64,000 bases of DNA from Candidatus Forterrea multitransposorum CG_2015-17_Forterrea_25_41 (GCA_009392915.1 CP045477.1:352001-416000); one strand, 5' to 3'. Shown: positions 1-10,338, numbered from the stretch's first letter. A program made the numbers and translations. Notes: generated by a model from the letters alone, not told the origin.

Positions 1-23
1 AACCTCCAGAATGTCAAAATAGA

Positions 24-521
24 ATGAAAATTATAGATAAAGAAACAGGACAAGTAATTGATCAAGCAATTGATGAAATTATAACAACTCCTGATGGATT
101 TATTGTAAGAACAGAAGATGGACAAGAACATAATTTTGAATTTAGTGCAGAAGATGGTGTCCCTAAATTAAAGTATAATGATCAAACAGAAACTTTACTT
201 TCAGCACAAGGTAAAAATGGTTCTTTCTGGTATGATCCTAAGACAGGTAATTGGTATACAGAAAACGGTCACTTAATACCATTTGATCCAGAATACAGAG
301 ATGGAATGACATTTAAAGTTGGAGAAGATGGTAAAGCTTATGGAACAACAGTTAATAACCTTCTTGGAAATCCAGCTGCAACAGGAGGAAGTGATAGAGG
401 TACTTTAAATCTTCCATTAACTCCTGAAAAAATACTTCCATTCACTCTTTATATCTTAGTAATAATGGCAAGTTTTATGTACTTGTTTTCATCTAGAAAT
501 CAAAAATTTAAGAAAAGGTAA
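24..521 (+). CDS. hypothetical secreted/surface protein with C-terminal TM anchor and basic tail (sorting-signal-like); may be 5'-partial, since the frame is open to the window start
   Basis: ORF track. The C-terminus is ...PLTPEKILPFTLYILVIMASFMYLFSSRNQKFKKR, i.e. motif, hydrophobic helix, basic cluster. No stop between position 3 and the first ATG. Confidence 0.5.
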   Translation: MKIIDKETGQVIDQAIDEIITTPDGFIVRTEDGQEHNFEFSAEDGVPKLKYNDQTETLLSAQGKNGSFWYDPKTGNWYTENGHLIPFDPEYRDGMTFKVGEDGKAYGTTVNNLLGNPAATGGSDRGTLNLPLTPEKILPFTLYILVIMASFMYLFSSRNQKFKKR

Positions 522-757
522 AACTTTTCTTATTTTTTAGGATTTCTTTTAATTAGTCTTTTGCTATTATCTCTAGATGCATTTTCTTTTTCTAAAAAAT
601 TAGAACTACTATTTTCTCTTGATTCTTTTCTTGGTTTCATGAATTTTCTTAAAAATGGCATTTGTTATAACCTCTTTTATATTTTCTTAAATATATTATT
701 TACAATAATCTATTTAAATATATTTATATATAATATATTAATTAAGGTGAAACAATT

Positions 758-2266
758 ATGGCTGAAATAAATGAATATGAACAAAATAGAAAAACTAATT
801 TTCAAAAATTAGTAGATAATGGTATAGAACCATATCCATATACTTATGATAGAACACATCACACTATTGATATTTTAGAAAAACATAAAGATTTAAAAGA
901 AGATGAATATACAGAAGAGAATGCAAGTGTTGCAGGAAGAATATTACTTATTAGAAACTTAGGAAAAATTGCATTTTTAGATCTTCATGATAAAACAGGA
1001 AAAATCCAAATTGTTGTAAAAGAAGCAAATCTTAATGAAAAAGAAAAAATAATTCTTAATGCTTTAGATAGAGGAGACATTATTGGAGTTAAAGGAAAAA
1101 TATTTAAAACAAAAAGAGGAGAAATTTCAATTGACTTAGAAAATTTAACTTTTCTTTCAAAAGCTTTTATGCCTCTTCCTGAAAAATATCATGGAATTAA
1201 AGATACAGAATTAAAATACAGAAAGAGATATATTGATTGGATGGTAAATAAAGAATCAAGAGATATATTTATAGTTAGATCAAAAATAATTTCTCTTATG
1301 AGAAAGTTTTTAGATGAAAAAGGATTTTTAGAAGTTGAAACTCCTCTTTTACAACCATTATATGGTGGAGCAAATGCAAGACCTTTTGTAACTGAAAGTT
1401 TTGTATGGAAAAGAAATCTTTATTTATCAATTTCACCTGAACTTTATTTAAAAAGATTATTGGTTGGTGGGTTTGAAAAAGTTTACACTATTTGTAAAAA
1501 TTTCAGAAATGAAGGTGTAGATAAATCTCATAATCCTGAATTTACAATGCTTGAACTTTATGAAGCTTATAAAGACTATAACTCAGCTATGGATATTTTA
1601 GAAGAAATGCTTGAATATGTCACTACAAATATTTTTGGAACAACTAAAATAATTTATGATGGAAATGAGTTTGATTTTAAAAGACCATGGCAAAAAATGA
1701 CAATGAAAGAAGCTATCTTTAAATATGCAAATATAGATATTGATAAATTATCTGACCAAGAAATTAAAGATTTATTAACAAAAGAAAAAATAGAACTTGA
1801 AGAATATAAAAGAGGACTTGCTATTGCAGAAATCTTTGAACATTATTGTGAAGATAAACTATATGGTCCAATACATATAATTGATCATCCAAAAGAGACA
1901 ACACCTCTTTGTAAGTTACATAGAGATGATAAATCATTAATTGAAAGAAACGAACCTTACTTAAATAGTATGGAACTTGCAAATATATACAGTGAACTTA
2001 ATGATTCCTTTCTTCAAGAAGAATTAATGATTGAACAAAAAGATCAAGGAAAATCTAAGGGTGAAAATCATCCAATTGATACAGATTTTATAGAATCATT
2101 AAAGTTTGGTATGCCTCCTGCTTATGGTATAGGTATGGGTATTGATAGACTTGTTATTCTTTTAACAAATTCTCAAAATATTAGAGATGTAATATTATTT
2201 CCTTTATTAAGAGAAGAAGAATCTTCTAAAAAGAAAGAGGGAGAAAGTGATAAAGATGGTGCATAA
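758..2266 (+). CDS. lysS: lysyl-tRNA synthetase, class II
   Basis: N-terminal OB anticodon-binding region. Class II motifs FRNEG, NPEFTMLELY and GMGIDRLVILLT. Strong global resemblance to bacterial LysS. SD-like AAGGTGA lies 7 nt upstream. Confidence 0.85.
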   Translation: MAEINEYEQNRKTNFQKLVDNGIEPYPYTYDRTHHTIDILEKHKDLKEDEYTEENASVAGRILLIRNLGKIAFLDLHDKTGKIQIVVKEANLNEKEKIILNALDRGDIIGVKGKIFKTKRGEISIDLENLTFLSKAFMPLPEKYHGIKDTELKYRKRYIDWMVNKESRDIFIVRSKIISLMRKFLDEKGFLEVETPLLQPLYGGANARPFVTESFVWKRNLYLSISPELYLKRLLVGGFEKVYTICKNFRNEGVDKSHNPEFTMLELYEAYKDYNSAMDILEEMLEYVTTNIFGTTKIIYDGNEFDFKRPWQKMTMKEAIFKYANIDIDKLSDQEIKDLLTKEKIELEEYKRGLAIAEIFEHYCEDKLYGPIHIIDHPKETTPLCKLHRDDKSLIERNEPYLNSMELANIYSELNDSFLQEELMIEQKDQGKSKGENHPIDTDFIESLKFGMPPAYGIGMGIDRLVILLTNSQNIRDVILFPLLREEESSKKKEGESDKDGA

Positions 2267-2414
2267 ATGTATAAAATGTAATAAAATAATTGATTCTACA
2301 AGAATCTATTGTAAAGCTTGTGAAGCAAATATTAGAAAAAAGGATGAAATAAAAAGATTAAAAGAAAACCAATGGAATAAGGCAGATTTCTTTGAAAGAC
2401 AAAGAATGAAGTGA
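2256..2414 (+). CDS. small zinc-ribbon protein (52 aa, CxxC-x13-CxxC), overlaps the lysS stop and is not in the ORF track
   Basis: Translated by hand: MVHKCIKCNKIIDSTRIYCKACEANIRKKDEIKRLKENQWNKADFFERQRMK. It has four Cys in a ribbon arrangement and a basic C-terminus. Confidence 0.3.
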   Translation: MVHKCIKCNKIIDSTRIYCKACEANIRKKDEIKRLKENQWNKADFFERQRMK

Positions 2415-2421
2415 TTTTTTA

Positions 2422-3360
2422 ATGAAAAAAATATTAATTATTTCTCATAGAGATTTAGATGGAATTACTTCTGCTGTAAGTTATATCTGGAATTATTTAG
2501 AAACAATAAATGTTTCTAAAAATATTAAGAATATTTCTAAATATTCAGATATAATTGATTATAACCATGGAGAAGATATTTTAAAGAAATTAAAATTAAA
2601 AAAAATAGATCTTAAAAATTATTCTCATTTAATAATTACAGATCTTTCTTTTTCTTTTGAAATAATGAATTTTTTTTATAAAAAATTTAAAGAAAATTTA
2701 ATCTGGATCGATCATCATAAAAGAATTACAGATGAACTTGAAAAAGAATTTTCTAAACAAAAAATTAAAATTACAGGTATAAGAGACTTTAAACATGCTG
2801 CTTGTTTTTTAGTTTGGAAATTTTTTAAAAAAGATGCACCTGATTTTGTAAAATATGTACAAGATATGGATCTTTGGACTTTTAAACTTGAAAATTCAAA
2901 AGAATTTATTGCAGGTTTAGATACTTTTAAAGGACCATATACTAAGAAAAATATTAATTTTATTTTAAAATTTATAGATATTGATTATTTTAATAAACAA
3001 AAACAAAAAATTATTGAAAGAGGAAAAATAATCCAAGAACATCAAATTAAACATGTAAAAGAACAATTGTTTTCTGGAAAAATTATTGATTTTTTTGGAA
3101 AAAAAGCTTTTGTTGTTAACAGTATCTTTATACCAGGTGTTTTTGCAGAAGTAATATTTAAGGAAAAAAAATATAAATCTGCAGAAATTTTAATAATTTG
3201 GTATAAAGACCATAATACTAATAAATTTAAGTTTAGTTTAAGAAGAAGAGAAAACTCAAAGGTTGATCTTTCCCTAATTGCAAAAAGATTAGGCGGAGGA
3301 GGGCATCCTGCTGCTTCTGGCTTTACTTTAAATTCTTTAGCAGAATTTAAATATGAATAG
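2422..3360 (+). CDS. DHH/DHHA1-family phosphoesterase (NrnA-like nanoRNase/pAp phosphatase)
   Basis: DHH motif IWIDHHK. DHHA1 GGGH motif GGGGHPAASGF. The N-terminus has Asp motifs (SHRDLDG). Confidence 0.7.
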   Translation: MKKILIISHRDLDGITSAVSYIWNYLETINVSKNIKNISKYSDIIDYNHGEDILKKLKLKKIDLKNYSHLIITDLSFSFEIMNFFYKKFKENLIWIDHHKRITDELEKEFSKQKIKITGIRDFKHAACFLVWKFFKKDAPDFVKYVQDMDLWTFKLENSKEFIAGLDTFKGPYTKKNINFILKFIDIDYFNKQKQKIIERGKIIQEHQIKHVKEQLFSGKIIDFFGKKAFVVNSIFIPGVFAEVIFKEKKYKSAEILIIWYKDHNTNKFKFSLRRRENSKVDLSLIAKRLGGGGHPAASGFTLNSLAEFKYE

Positions 3361-3362
3361 AT

Positions 3363-4238
3363 ATGACAGAATACTTAATAAACCTTGCAAGATTTGTATC
3401 CTACAATGAAAAGAAAGAAATCTACAGAGACCTTAAAAATAAAGGCTACTTTGTTTCAAATGATTCTTGGTCTTATAGAAGACTTATAGTTAATAAACCT
3501 GTAAAAAATAAACCTTTTGTTGCAAGTTTAATTGAACTTAAAGAAACTTTTTATCAAAATAATTTAAGTCAAACAATAGATAGACTTTCAAAATATAAGA
3601 TAAAAGAAATAAAAGCAAAAATTGAAAGAAATGTGCCTTTTCATTCAAAAGCTATAACTGAAAGATATCTTAAAAAATATAAATTTGATCCAGAAGGAGA
3701 AACAATTTATCTTGAAGCAAGACTTGAAAAAGATAAAGTTGCAATAAGACTTGGTTTTTATTTAGATGATAAAGAAAATATTCCTGTTAAAAAAGAAGTT
3801 GTATATCCAGATATTGGAATTGAAAGCCCATTTACTTTAGGAGAAGTTGGAGATTTTTTAAGACTTTCAAAAACTTTTAAAACAAAAGTTTTTATTTTTA
3901 CTTTAAATGATCCTGATTGCTTAAATAATATCCAAAATTTTTTAAAAGAAAATAGTTTTGATAAAGGAAATATAACTATTGTAAAAGATATTGAATCTTT
4001 TAGAAATGAATATGAAATTATAGGATTTAGTATGTGGGGTAAAGATCCTCTTGAAACAATTATTAAAAATAAAGAAAAAAAGAAATTATTATTATTTGGA
4101 AATGAAAGAAGAGGGCTTTTAAAAAAAACAATGGATCAGTGTAATAAAATAATAAAGATTGGATCTTCTTCTGAACCATTAAGAGCAACTCAAGCAGCAT
4201 CTTTTGCTTTAGGATATATTTTTTCTAAAGAAAATTAA
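3363..4238 (+). CDS. SPOUT-family (TrmH/SpoU-like) RNA 2'-O-methyltransferase with N-terminal extension
   Basis: The C-terminus LLLFGNERRGLLKKTMDQCNKIIKIGSSSEPLRATQAASFALGYIF matches the SpoU methylase knot motifs. Confidence 0.55.
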   Translation: MTEYLINLARFVSYNEKKEIYRDLKNKGYFVSNDSWSYRRLIVNKPVKNKPFVASLIELKETFYQNNLSQTIDRLSKYKIKEIKAKIERNVPFHSKAITERYLKKYKFDPEGETIYLEARLEKDKVAIRLGFYLDDKENIPVKKEVVYPDIGIESPFTLGEVGDFLRLSKTFKTKVFIFTLNDPDCLNNIQNFLKENSFDKGNITIVKDIESFRNEYEIIGFSMWGKDPLETIIKNKEKKKLLLFGNERRGLLKKTMDQCNKIIKIGSSSEPLRATQAASFALGYIFSKEN

Positions 4239-5377
4239 ATCTTATATTTAGATACTGCTTTATCTATTTCTTTTATAACTTTTTTATCAAGAACAGAAGG
4301 AATTATTTTCTTTTCTGTTGGTTTTTTAATTACACCAGCAATTGCTTTTGAAACATCTATTTTTAGTTCTTGAGAAATATCTATAACATTATATTTTAAT
4401 AAAGCTTTAAAAAGACCAGGAAATACTAAAACATTATTTATTTGATTTTCAAAATCACTTCTTCCAGTTGCTATAATTTTAGCTTTTCCTTTTTTAGCGT
4501 CTGTTGGAAAAATTTCAGGAGTTGGATTTGCAAGAGCAAAAATTATTGAATCTTGGTTCATTGTTAAAATATCTTTTGAAGTTAAGAGGTTACCTTTTGA
4601 AGCACCTATAAAAATATCAGCATTTTTTATAGCTTCTAAAAGATTTCCAGAAATATTTTCTTTATTTGTTATATCTAATATTTCTTTTTTATAACTATTA
4701 AGATCTTTTCTTTCATTTGAAATTATTCCTTTAGAATCACACACTAAAATATTCATAAAACCAGCAGCATGTAAAAGTTTAGTTATTGAAAGTCCAGCAG
4801 CACCAGCTCCGTTTATTACAATTCTACTATTTTTATCTTTTTTTGTAACTTTTAAGGCATTAATTAGGGCAGATAAGACCACAATTGCAGTTCCATGTTG
4901 ATCATCATGAAAAACAGGTATGTCTAGCTCTTTTTTAAGCCTATTTTCTATTTCAAAGCACCTAGGAGCGGCTATATCTTCTAAATTTATGCCACCATAA
5001 CTTTTTGAAATTAATTTAACTGTTTTTATTATTTCTTCTGTATCTTTTGAATCAATTGTTATTGGAAAAGCATCAACATCTGCAAATTCTTTAAAAAGAG
5101 CAGCTTTTCCTTCCATGACAGGTAAAGATGCTAAGGGACCAATATCTCCTAAGCCTAAAACTGCAGAACCATCTGTTATAATGGCAACAGTATTTTTAGA
5201 AGAAGTTAATTGTTTTGCTTTTTTAAAATCTTTATAAATTTCTAAAGAAACAGCACCTACACCAGGAGTGTAAAGTAAAGATAAATCTTTTTTTGAGGAA
5301 ATTTTCTTTTTTGAAACTATTTCAATTTTACCTTTTAGTTTGTTATGTAGTTTAATACTTTCTACATTATAATCCAT
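4235..5377 (-). CDS. NAD(P)-dependent malic enzyme (short archaeal/bacterial type)
   Basis: YTPGVG, ITDGSAVLGLGDIG, PVMEGKAALF and DQHGTAIV motifs of the malic-enzyme N-terminal and NAD domains. Confidence 0.8.
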   Translation of the reverse strand: MDYNVESIKLHNKLKGKIEIVSKKKISSKKDLSLLYTPGVGAVSLEIYKDFKKAKQLTSSKNTVAIITDGSAVLGLGDIGPLASLPVMEGKAALFKEFADVDAFPITIDSKDTEEIIKTVKLISKSYGGINLEDIAAPRCFEIENRLKKELDIPVFHDDQHGTAIVVLSALINALKVTKKDKNSRIVINGAGAAGLSITKLLHAAGFMNILVCDSKGIISNERKDLNSYKKEILDITNKENISGNLLEAIKNADIFIGASKGNLLTSKDILTMNQDSIIFALANPTPEIFPTDAKKGKAKIIATGRSDFENQINNVLVFPGLFKALLKYNVIDISQELKIDVSKAIAGVIKKPTEKKIIPSVLDKKVIKEIDKAVSKYKI

Positions 5378-5466
5378 ATTATATCATCTCTGTTATATTT
5401 ATTAAAAATAATTAAATTATAAAAAAATAGTAAAAAAATAAAAAAAATAGTTTTTATGAAAAAAAA

Positions 5467-5697
5467 CTATTTTAAAGCTTGATCAATTGCAGGTTTGTTA
5501 AAACCTATGATAACTTGACCATTAACATCTAAAACAGGAACACCTTGTTGTCCTGATTTTTGAACCATTTCCATAGCTCTTTCCATGTTTGATCCAACAT
5601 CAACATCTTCAAATTCAATGTTTTTAGATTTTAAATATTCTTTTGCCATAACACAATAAGGACATGACTTTGTAGAATATACAGTTACATTATTCAT
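5467..5697 (-). CDS. glutaredoxin (CPYC)
   Basis: 76 aa, CPYC active site, Grx/NrdH fold pattern (VPVL...G). Confidence 0.75.
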   Translation of the reverse strand: MNNVTVYSTKSCPYCVMAKEYLKSKNIEFEDVDVGSNMERAMEMVQKSGQQGVPVLDVNGQVIIGFNKPAIDQALK

Positions 5698-5699
5698 AT

Positions 5700-5969
5700 T
5701 TATTCACCTTTTAATTTTTTAATATCAGATATTATTTTTAATAATAGTTTTTTATTTTTTATTTTTATACACTTAGATTTATTTATTTTTTCAATAGTTA
5801 TAATTCCTTCTTTTTTAAGAATTGCTAATTGTCTTGAAATAGTAGAAAGATCTTTACCTGTAAAGGATGCAAGATCTGTACAACAATTATCTTTCTCATT
5901 TAAAAGTTTTAGAACTATTGAATACCTGGTTTCTTCTCCAAGTGCCTTAAAGATTTTATATTCTTTCAT
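5700..5969 (-). CDS. ArsR/SmtB-family HTH transcriptional regulator
   Basis: 89 aa. wHTH pattern LGEETRYSIVLKLL...CTDLASFTGKDLSTISRQLAILKKEGII. Sits 3 bp upstream of the glutaredoxin on the same strand. Confidence 0.6.
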   Translation of the reverse strand: MKEYKIFKALGEETRYSIVLKLLNEKDNCCTDLASFTGKDLSTISRQLAILKKEGIITIEKINKSKCIKIKNKKLLLKIISDIKKLKGE

Positions 5970-6066
5970 ATTAAATTTTTCTTTTATTTTTTTAAAAAAC
6001 TATTATTGTATAAATATACAAGTAAAGAAATGTTTAAAAAGCTTTCTTTTAAATAAAAAAATACAA

Positions 6067-7896
6067 TTATTCAACAGTAACAGATTTTGCTAAGTTTCTA
6101 GGTTTATCAATCTCACAACCTTTAAGGTCAGAAATAAAATATGCAATAAGTTGCATAATTACAAGATTTAAAAAAGGAGTTAAATCATTATCAATATCTT
6201 CAACATAGATAACATAATCTGAAATTTTTAAAATATCCACATCTCCTTTTGTTGCAATAGATATTACAACTCCACCTCTTGCTTTTACTTCATTAATATT
6301 TGATATTACTTTTTCATAATTATTATTTTTATTAACAATAAAAACACAAGGCATGTCTTTATCAATTAAAGCAATAGGACCATGTTTCATTTCTGCTGCA
6401 GGATAACCTTCTGCATGGATATAAGATATTTCTTTAAGTTTTAAAGCTCCTTCTAAAGCTATAGGGTAGTTTATACCTCTTCCAAGATATAAGAAATTTT
6501 TAGAATTTTTAAAATTTTCAGCAATTTTTTTAACTTCTTCTACAGAATTATTAATTTCTTCAAAAATAATTTCTGGAAGAGATGAAAGATTTTTAATAAT
6601 TTTTAATCTATCTTCAATTGAAATTAAGTTATTCTTTTGTCCAACATATAAAACAAACAACCACATAGATATTAATTGATTTGTAAATGCTTTAGTTGAT
6701 GCAACACCAATCTCTGGACCTGCTCTAGTATAGATACCACAACTAACTTCTCTTGCAATAGTTGATCCAACAACATTTACTATTCCTAAAGTTTTTGCAT
6801 TTTTTTCTTTAGCTTCTCTTAAAGCTGCAAGAGTATCTGCAGTTTCTCCAGATTGTGAAATTACAATTACCAAAGTATCCTGGTCAACTAAAGGATCTCT
6901 ATATCTAAACTCTGAAGCATAATCAACTTCTACAGGTATTTTTAAATATTTTTCAATAATAAACTTAGAAACCAAAGCACAATGCCAAGAAGTTCCACAA
7001 GCAAGAATAACTATTCTTTTTAATTTTTCTAAATATTCAAAATTAATAAAATCTAATCCTCCAAGAATAACAGAATTTGATTTTAAATCTATTCTTCCAG
7101 CTAATGCATTTTTAATAACATCTTTTTGTTCATAGATTTCTTTTAACATAAAATGTTTATAACCTTGTTTTTCTATTTGATCAAGAGTAACTGATAAAGT
7201 ATCTATATCTTTATCAATTATTTCATTATTAAAATCTGTAATATAATATCCTTGATCATTAATTAATGCAATTTCTCCATCATTTAAATAAATAACATCT
7301 TTTGTATACTCAATAATTGCAGAAGTATCACTTGCAATAAAATATTCATCCTCTCCAATACCTAAAACAACTGGAGATCCTTTTCTGGCTACAACAATTT
7401 CTCTTTTATTTTTAGATAAAACTAATATTCCAAAAGTTCCAACAACTTGAGAAATAGCTTTTAAAACAGCTTCCTTTAAATCTCCTTTATAAAAATAAAA
7501 AATTAATCCAACTAAAACTTCAGAATCAGTATCAGATCTAAAAGTAATATTTTTAGTTTGTAAAAATTTTTTTAAACTTTCATAATTTTCAATAATACCA
7601 TTATGTACTAAAGAAATATTATTTAAAAAATCAGTATGAGGATGAGAATTAACTTCTGAAGGAATTCCATGTGTTGCCCATCTTGTGTGTGCAATACCAA
7701 TAGTTGATTCTGTTAAAAGATCTAATTTTTCTTTTAACTCTAAAACTTTACCTTTTGTTTTTACAGTTATAAGATCATCATTATAAAGAAAAGAAACACC
7801 ACAAGAATCATATCCACGATATTCTAATCTTAAGAGTCCATTAATTAATATTGGTAAAACTTTTCTTCTTCCTAAGTATCCAATTATTCCACACAT
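6067..7896 (-). CDS. glmS: glutamine--fructose-6-phosphate aminotransferase
   Basis: N-terminal MCGIIG nucleophile, two SIS domains, C-terminal ...KSVTVE. Confidence 0.9.
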   Translation of the reverse strand: MCGIIGYLGRRKVLPILINGLLRLEYRGYDSCGVSFLYNDDLITVKTKGKVLELKEKLDLLTESTIGIAHTRWATHGIPSEVNSHPHTDFLNNISLVHNGIIENYESLKKFLQTKNITFRSDTDSEVLVGLIFYFYKGDLKEAVLKAISQVVGTFGILVLSKNKREIVVARKGSPVVLGIGEDEYFIASDTSAIIEYTKDVIYLNDGEIALINDQGYYITDFNNEIIDKDIDTLSVTLDQIEKQGYKHFMLKEIYEQKDVIKNALAGRIDLKSNSVILGGLDFINFEYLEKLKRIVILACGTSWHCALVSKFIIEKYLKIPVEVDYASEFRYRDPLVDQDTLVIVISQSGETADTLAALREAKEKNAKTLGIVNVVGSTIAREVSCGIYTRAGPEIGVASTKAFTNQLISMWLFVLYVGQKNNLISIEDRLKIIKNLSSLPEIIFEEINNSVEEVKKIAENFKNSKNFLYLGRGINYPIALEGALKLKEISYIHAEGYPAAEMKHGPIALIDKDMPCVFIVNKNNNYEKVISNINEVKARGGVVISIATKGDVDILKISDYVIYVEDIDNDLTPFLNLVIMQLIAYFISDLKGCEIDKPRNLAKSVTVE

Positions 7897-7973
7897 ATTT
7901 TATAAAATTTGTATTTTAATAATTATATAATAGTTACAAAACATTTATAATATAACTTTTCTTTTAAAAAAAA

Positions 7974-8585
7974 TCATTTTTTTTCTTCAACAAAAAACTT
8001 AAAGAAAATTGCAATAAAATTATGAATAGAATGTGCAATTGCAACAAAAATTAAATTTGTATAAAAAACATATATCATAGCAAGTAAAAATCCTTCAATA
8101 AAAACTAAAAGTAAGTCTAAATTTTTACGACTATAAATAACATGAATATACATGAAAAGTAAAGAATTAATAAAAACAACCATAATTGAAGAATTAAAGA
8201 TATCAAATAATTTAGGAATTAAATAACCTCTAAAAATAAATTCTTGTAAAAAGCATAAAGGAATAAAAACTAAAATATGGAATCTTTTTTCATGCCAATA
8301 ATGAATATAATGTTCTCTTTTTAAAACATATTTTGAAAGATAAATAATTGCAACAGAAACTAAAACAGTAAAAGCAATATATGGAAATATATGATTATCA
8401 ATATTATCAAATCTAATACCTAAATCATAAAATGTCATTCCTTCAATTATTATAAAGAAAATAACTATTAAAAAAATAGAAAAAAGAACATGTAGTCTAT
8501 ACTTAAAAGGAATAATTTTTTTATATAAAAGATATACAGGTAGTACAAAAACAAGTAATACCTGTATTATTGATATTAAAAACAT
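7974..8585 (-). CDS. CPBP-family (CAAX/Abi) intramembrane metalloprotease
   Basis: Multi-TM protein with QEFIFRGYL (EExxxR-like) and AHSIHNF (HxxxN) motifs. Confidence 0.6.
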   Translation of the reverse strand: MFLISIIQVLLVFVLPVYLLYKKIIPFKYRLHVLFSIFLIVIFFIIIEGMTFYDLGIRFDNIDNHIFPYIAFTVLVSVAIIYLSKYVLKREHYIHYWHEKRFHILVFIPLCFLQEFIFRGYLIPKLFDIFNSSIMVVFINSLLFMYIHVIYSRKNLDLLLVFIEGFLLAMIYVFYTNLIFVAIAHSIHNFIAIFFKFFVEEKK

Positions 8586-8617
8586 AATTTATCTTTTATA
8601 TATATTTTTTTTAAAAA

Positions 8618-9817
8618 TTAACCACATGTTGCGTCTGTTGTTGATGTTGTTGTTTGACTAAAACCAAATCCAGGAGTTGGAGAAGCTGAACTTAAAACTT
8701 CATTACATGCTCTTGGTAATGTTTCAAATCCACTACAAATTGTATTTAAAAGACTTTGAGGATCTCTATTTGAATTTACAACAGTCCCATTAATTACAAG
8801 TGTTGGTGAACCTTGAACTCCATATTTTAAATTATCAGCATCATGTACTAAAAACTTAGGATATCTTCCATTAAGCCATGAAGCTTTATCTTCATAAGAT
8901 GCCATAACATTAAATTCTTGATCAGTTTCTGTAATACATGTATCTAAAGAATCTCTTGTGATTTGTGTTTCTTCAAGACATCTATCTGTATTTCCATCTT
9001 CTAAGAAACAATAAAGATAGTCATTAAATTTGTCATTAAATTCTTCTTGAATACAATATTGAAGTAATTGTTCTTCAACTTCAACAATATCATGCATAGC
9101 ATAATTTACAAACTTAATTTTAAAATCAATTGTGTCTTGTAAAACATCAACTGCAGGTAAAATTCCTTTTTCAACTTGAGTTCCATAAGGACAGTGAGAC
9201 ATTACAAACAATTCTACTGTTGGTTTTTCAGTCTTTGGAATTTCTTGAACTTCAGGAGTTGTATTCTCTCCTTCTGCTAAATTCAGGTCAGATTTATTAA
9301 TTGGTTCTAAACCAGGAACGAAAACCATTTCTCCATCTAAAGAAGTATATATTTCTACTTCTTGTCCTTCAATTTCAAAAGTATTAAGGCATAAGCCATT
9401 AGAAGATACTGTTGAAATTAAACTTAAAGAAGGTAATTGAAATGTATCAATTAAGAAAGTTTGTGTGTCTGGTCCAATATTTGTTGCACATTCATTAGAA
9501 GTCAATGATTTTTCAGAATAATTATTATTTGTTTCAATATTATTAAATAATATTTCTAAATCATTTAATAAAATTGTGTCTGATTGTGGATTTTCAGATT
9601 TAATTATTTCTAATAAATATTCTAAATCTTCTGATGTAATATTAGATTTATTGCCAGTTAATGCAAAAATACCTACTACAATTAATAAAACTAAAAGAAC
9701 AAAAGAAGTTATTTGCCAAAAATGATCTTTCATTTTACAAGTTTTATGTTTAGAAGAACTTACATTATGATGTTCTTCTTTATGTGTAGGTGTGTTTTTT
9801 TTAATTGTTTTTTTCAT
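8618..9817 (-). CDS. membrane-anchored thioredoxin-fold protein (DsbA-like thiol:disulfide oxidoreductase) with long N-terminal extracytoplasmic region
   Basis: N-terminal TM FVLLVLLIVVGIFAL. CPYG active site (MSHCPYGTQ). DsbA-like GSPTLVINGTVV near the C-terminus. Confidence 0.55.
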   Translation of the reverse strand: MKKTIKKNTPTHKEEHHNVSSSKHKTCKMKDHFWQITSFVLLVLLIVVGIFALTGNKSNITSEDLEYLLEIIKSENPQSDTILLNDLEILFNNIETNNNYSEKSLTSNECATNIGPDTQTFLIDTFQLPSLSLISTVSSNGLCLNTFEIEGQEVEIYTSLDGEMVFVPGLEPINKSDLNLAEGENTTPEVQEIPKTEKPTVELFVMSHCPYGTQVEKGILPAVDVLQDTIDFKIKFVNYAMHDIVEVEEQLLQYCIQEEFNDKFNDYLYCFLEDGNTDRCLEETQITRDSLDTCITETDQEFNVMASYEDKASWLNGRYPKFLVHDADNLKYGVQGSPTLVINGTVVNSNRDPQSLLNTICSGFETLPRACNEVLSSASPTPGFGFSQTTTSTTDATCG

Positions 9818-9945
9818 ATCATACCACCATATTTTTAATAATAATTTATATATAATATTACAACAGAAATGTTTATAAAAAGAAAGAAAAATTAGATTCT
9901 AAAAATTTATTTTCAGAAAATAATTTTTAAAAAAAATAAAGAAAT

Positions 9946-10338
9946 TTATAAAGAATAAACTTCTTTATAAATTCCATGAATATTACATAAAGCCCTAATT
10001 GTAACTTTTCTTCCTAAAGGAACTTTAAAAACAACTTCTGGTTTATCCCAATAATTAAGACTCTTAACATATAAAGACCCATCAACAGAAATTTCAATCC
10101 ATTTAATGAAATGTTCTTGTGTCATTGGATGCATAGGATCTCCAATCTTAACATATATTTCTTTTTCGCCTCTAATCTCTATATAAGGTTTATGAATATC
10201 TTCATTTGATGTAACTTTTTCTTCTTTAATTTCAAGATCCATTTCTTTACCACAACAAACTAAAGTTCCACCACCAATTTCTTTTAGTTCTACAACATTT
10301 CCACAAACTGAACATTTATATTTATCTCCAACTTCCAT
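9946..10338 (-). CDS. dfx: desulfoferrodoxin (2Fe superoxide reductase)
   Basis: N-terminal desulforedoxin Cys cluster (CSVCGN...CCGK). SOR domain HPMTQEHFIKWIE...CNIHG. Confidence 0.8.
   Translation of the reverse strand: MEVGDKYKCSVCGNVVELKEIGGGTLVCCGKEMDLEIKEEKVTSNEDIHKPYIEIRGEKEIYVKIGDPMHPMTQEHFIKWIEISVDGSLYVKSLNYWDKPEVVFKVPLGRKVTIRALCNIHGIYKEVYSL

Noticed and set aside
561-770. 69-aa ORF upstream of lysS
   Set aside because: Low-complexity hydrophobic translation of the AT-rich promoter/leader region; it overlaps the lysS SD and start.
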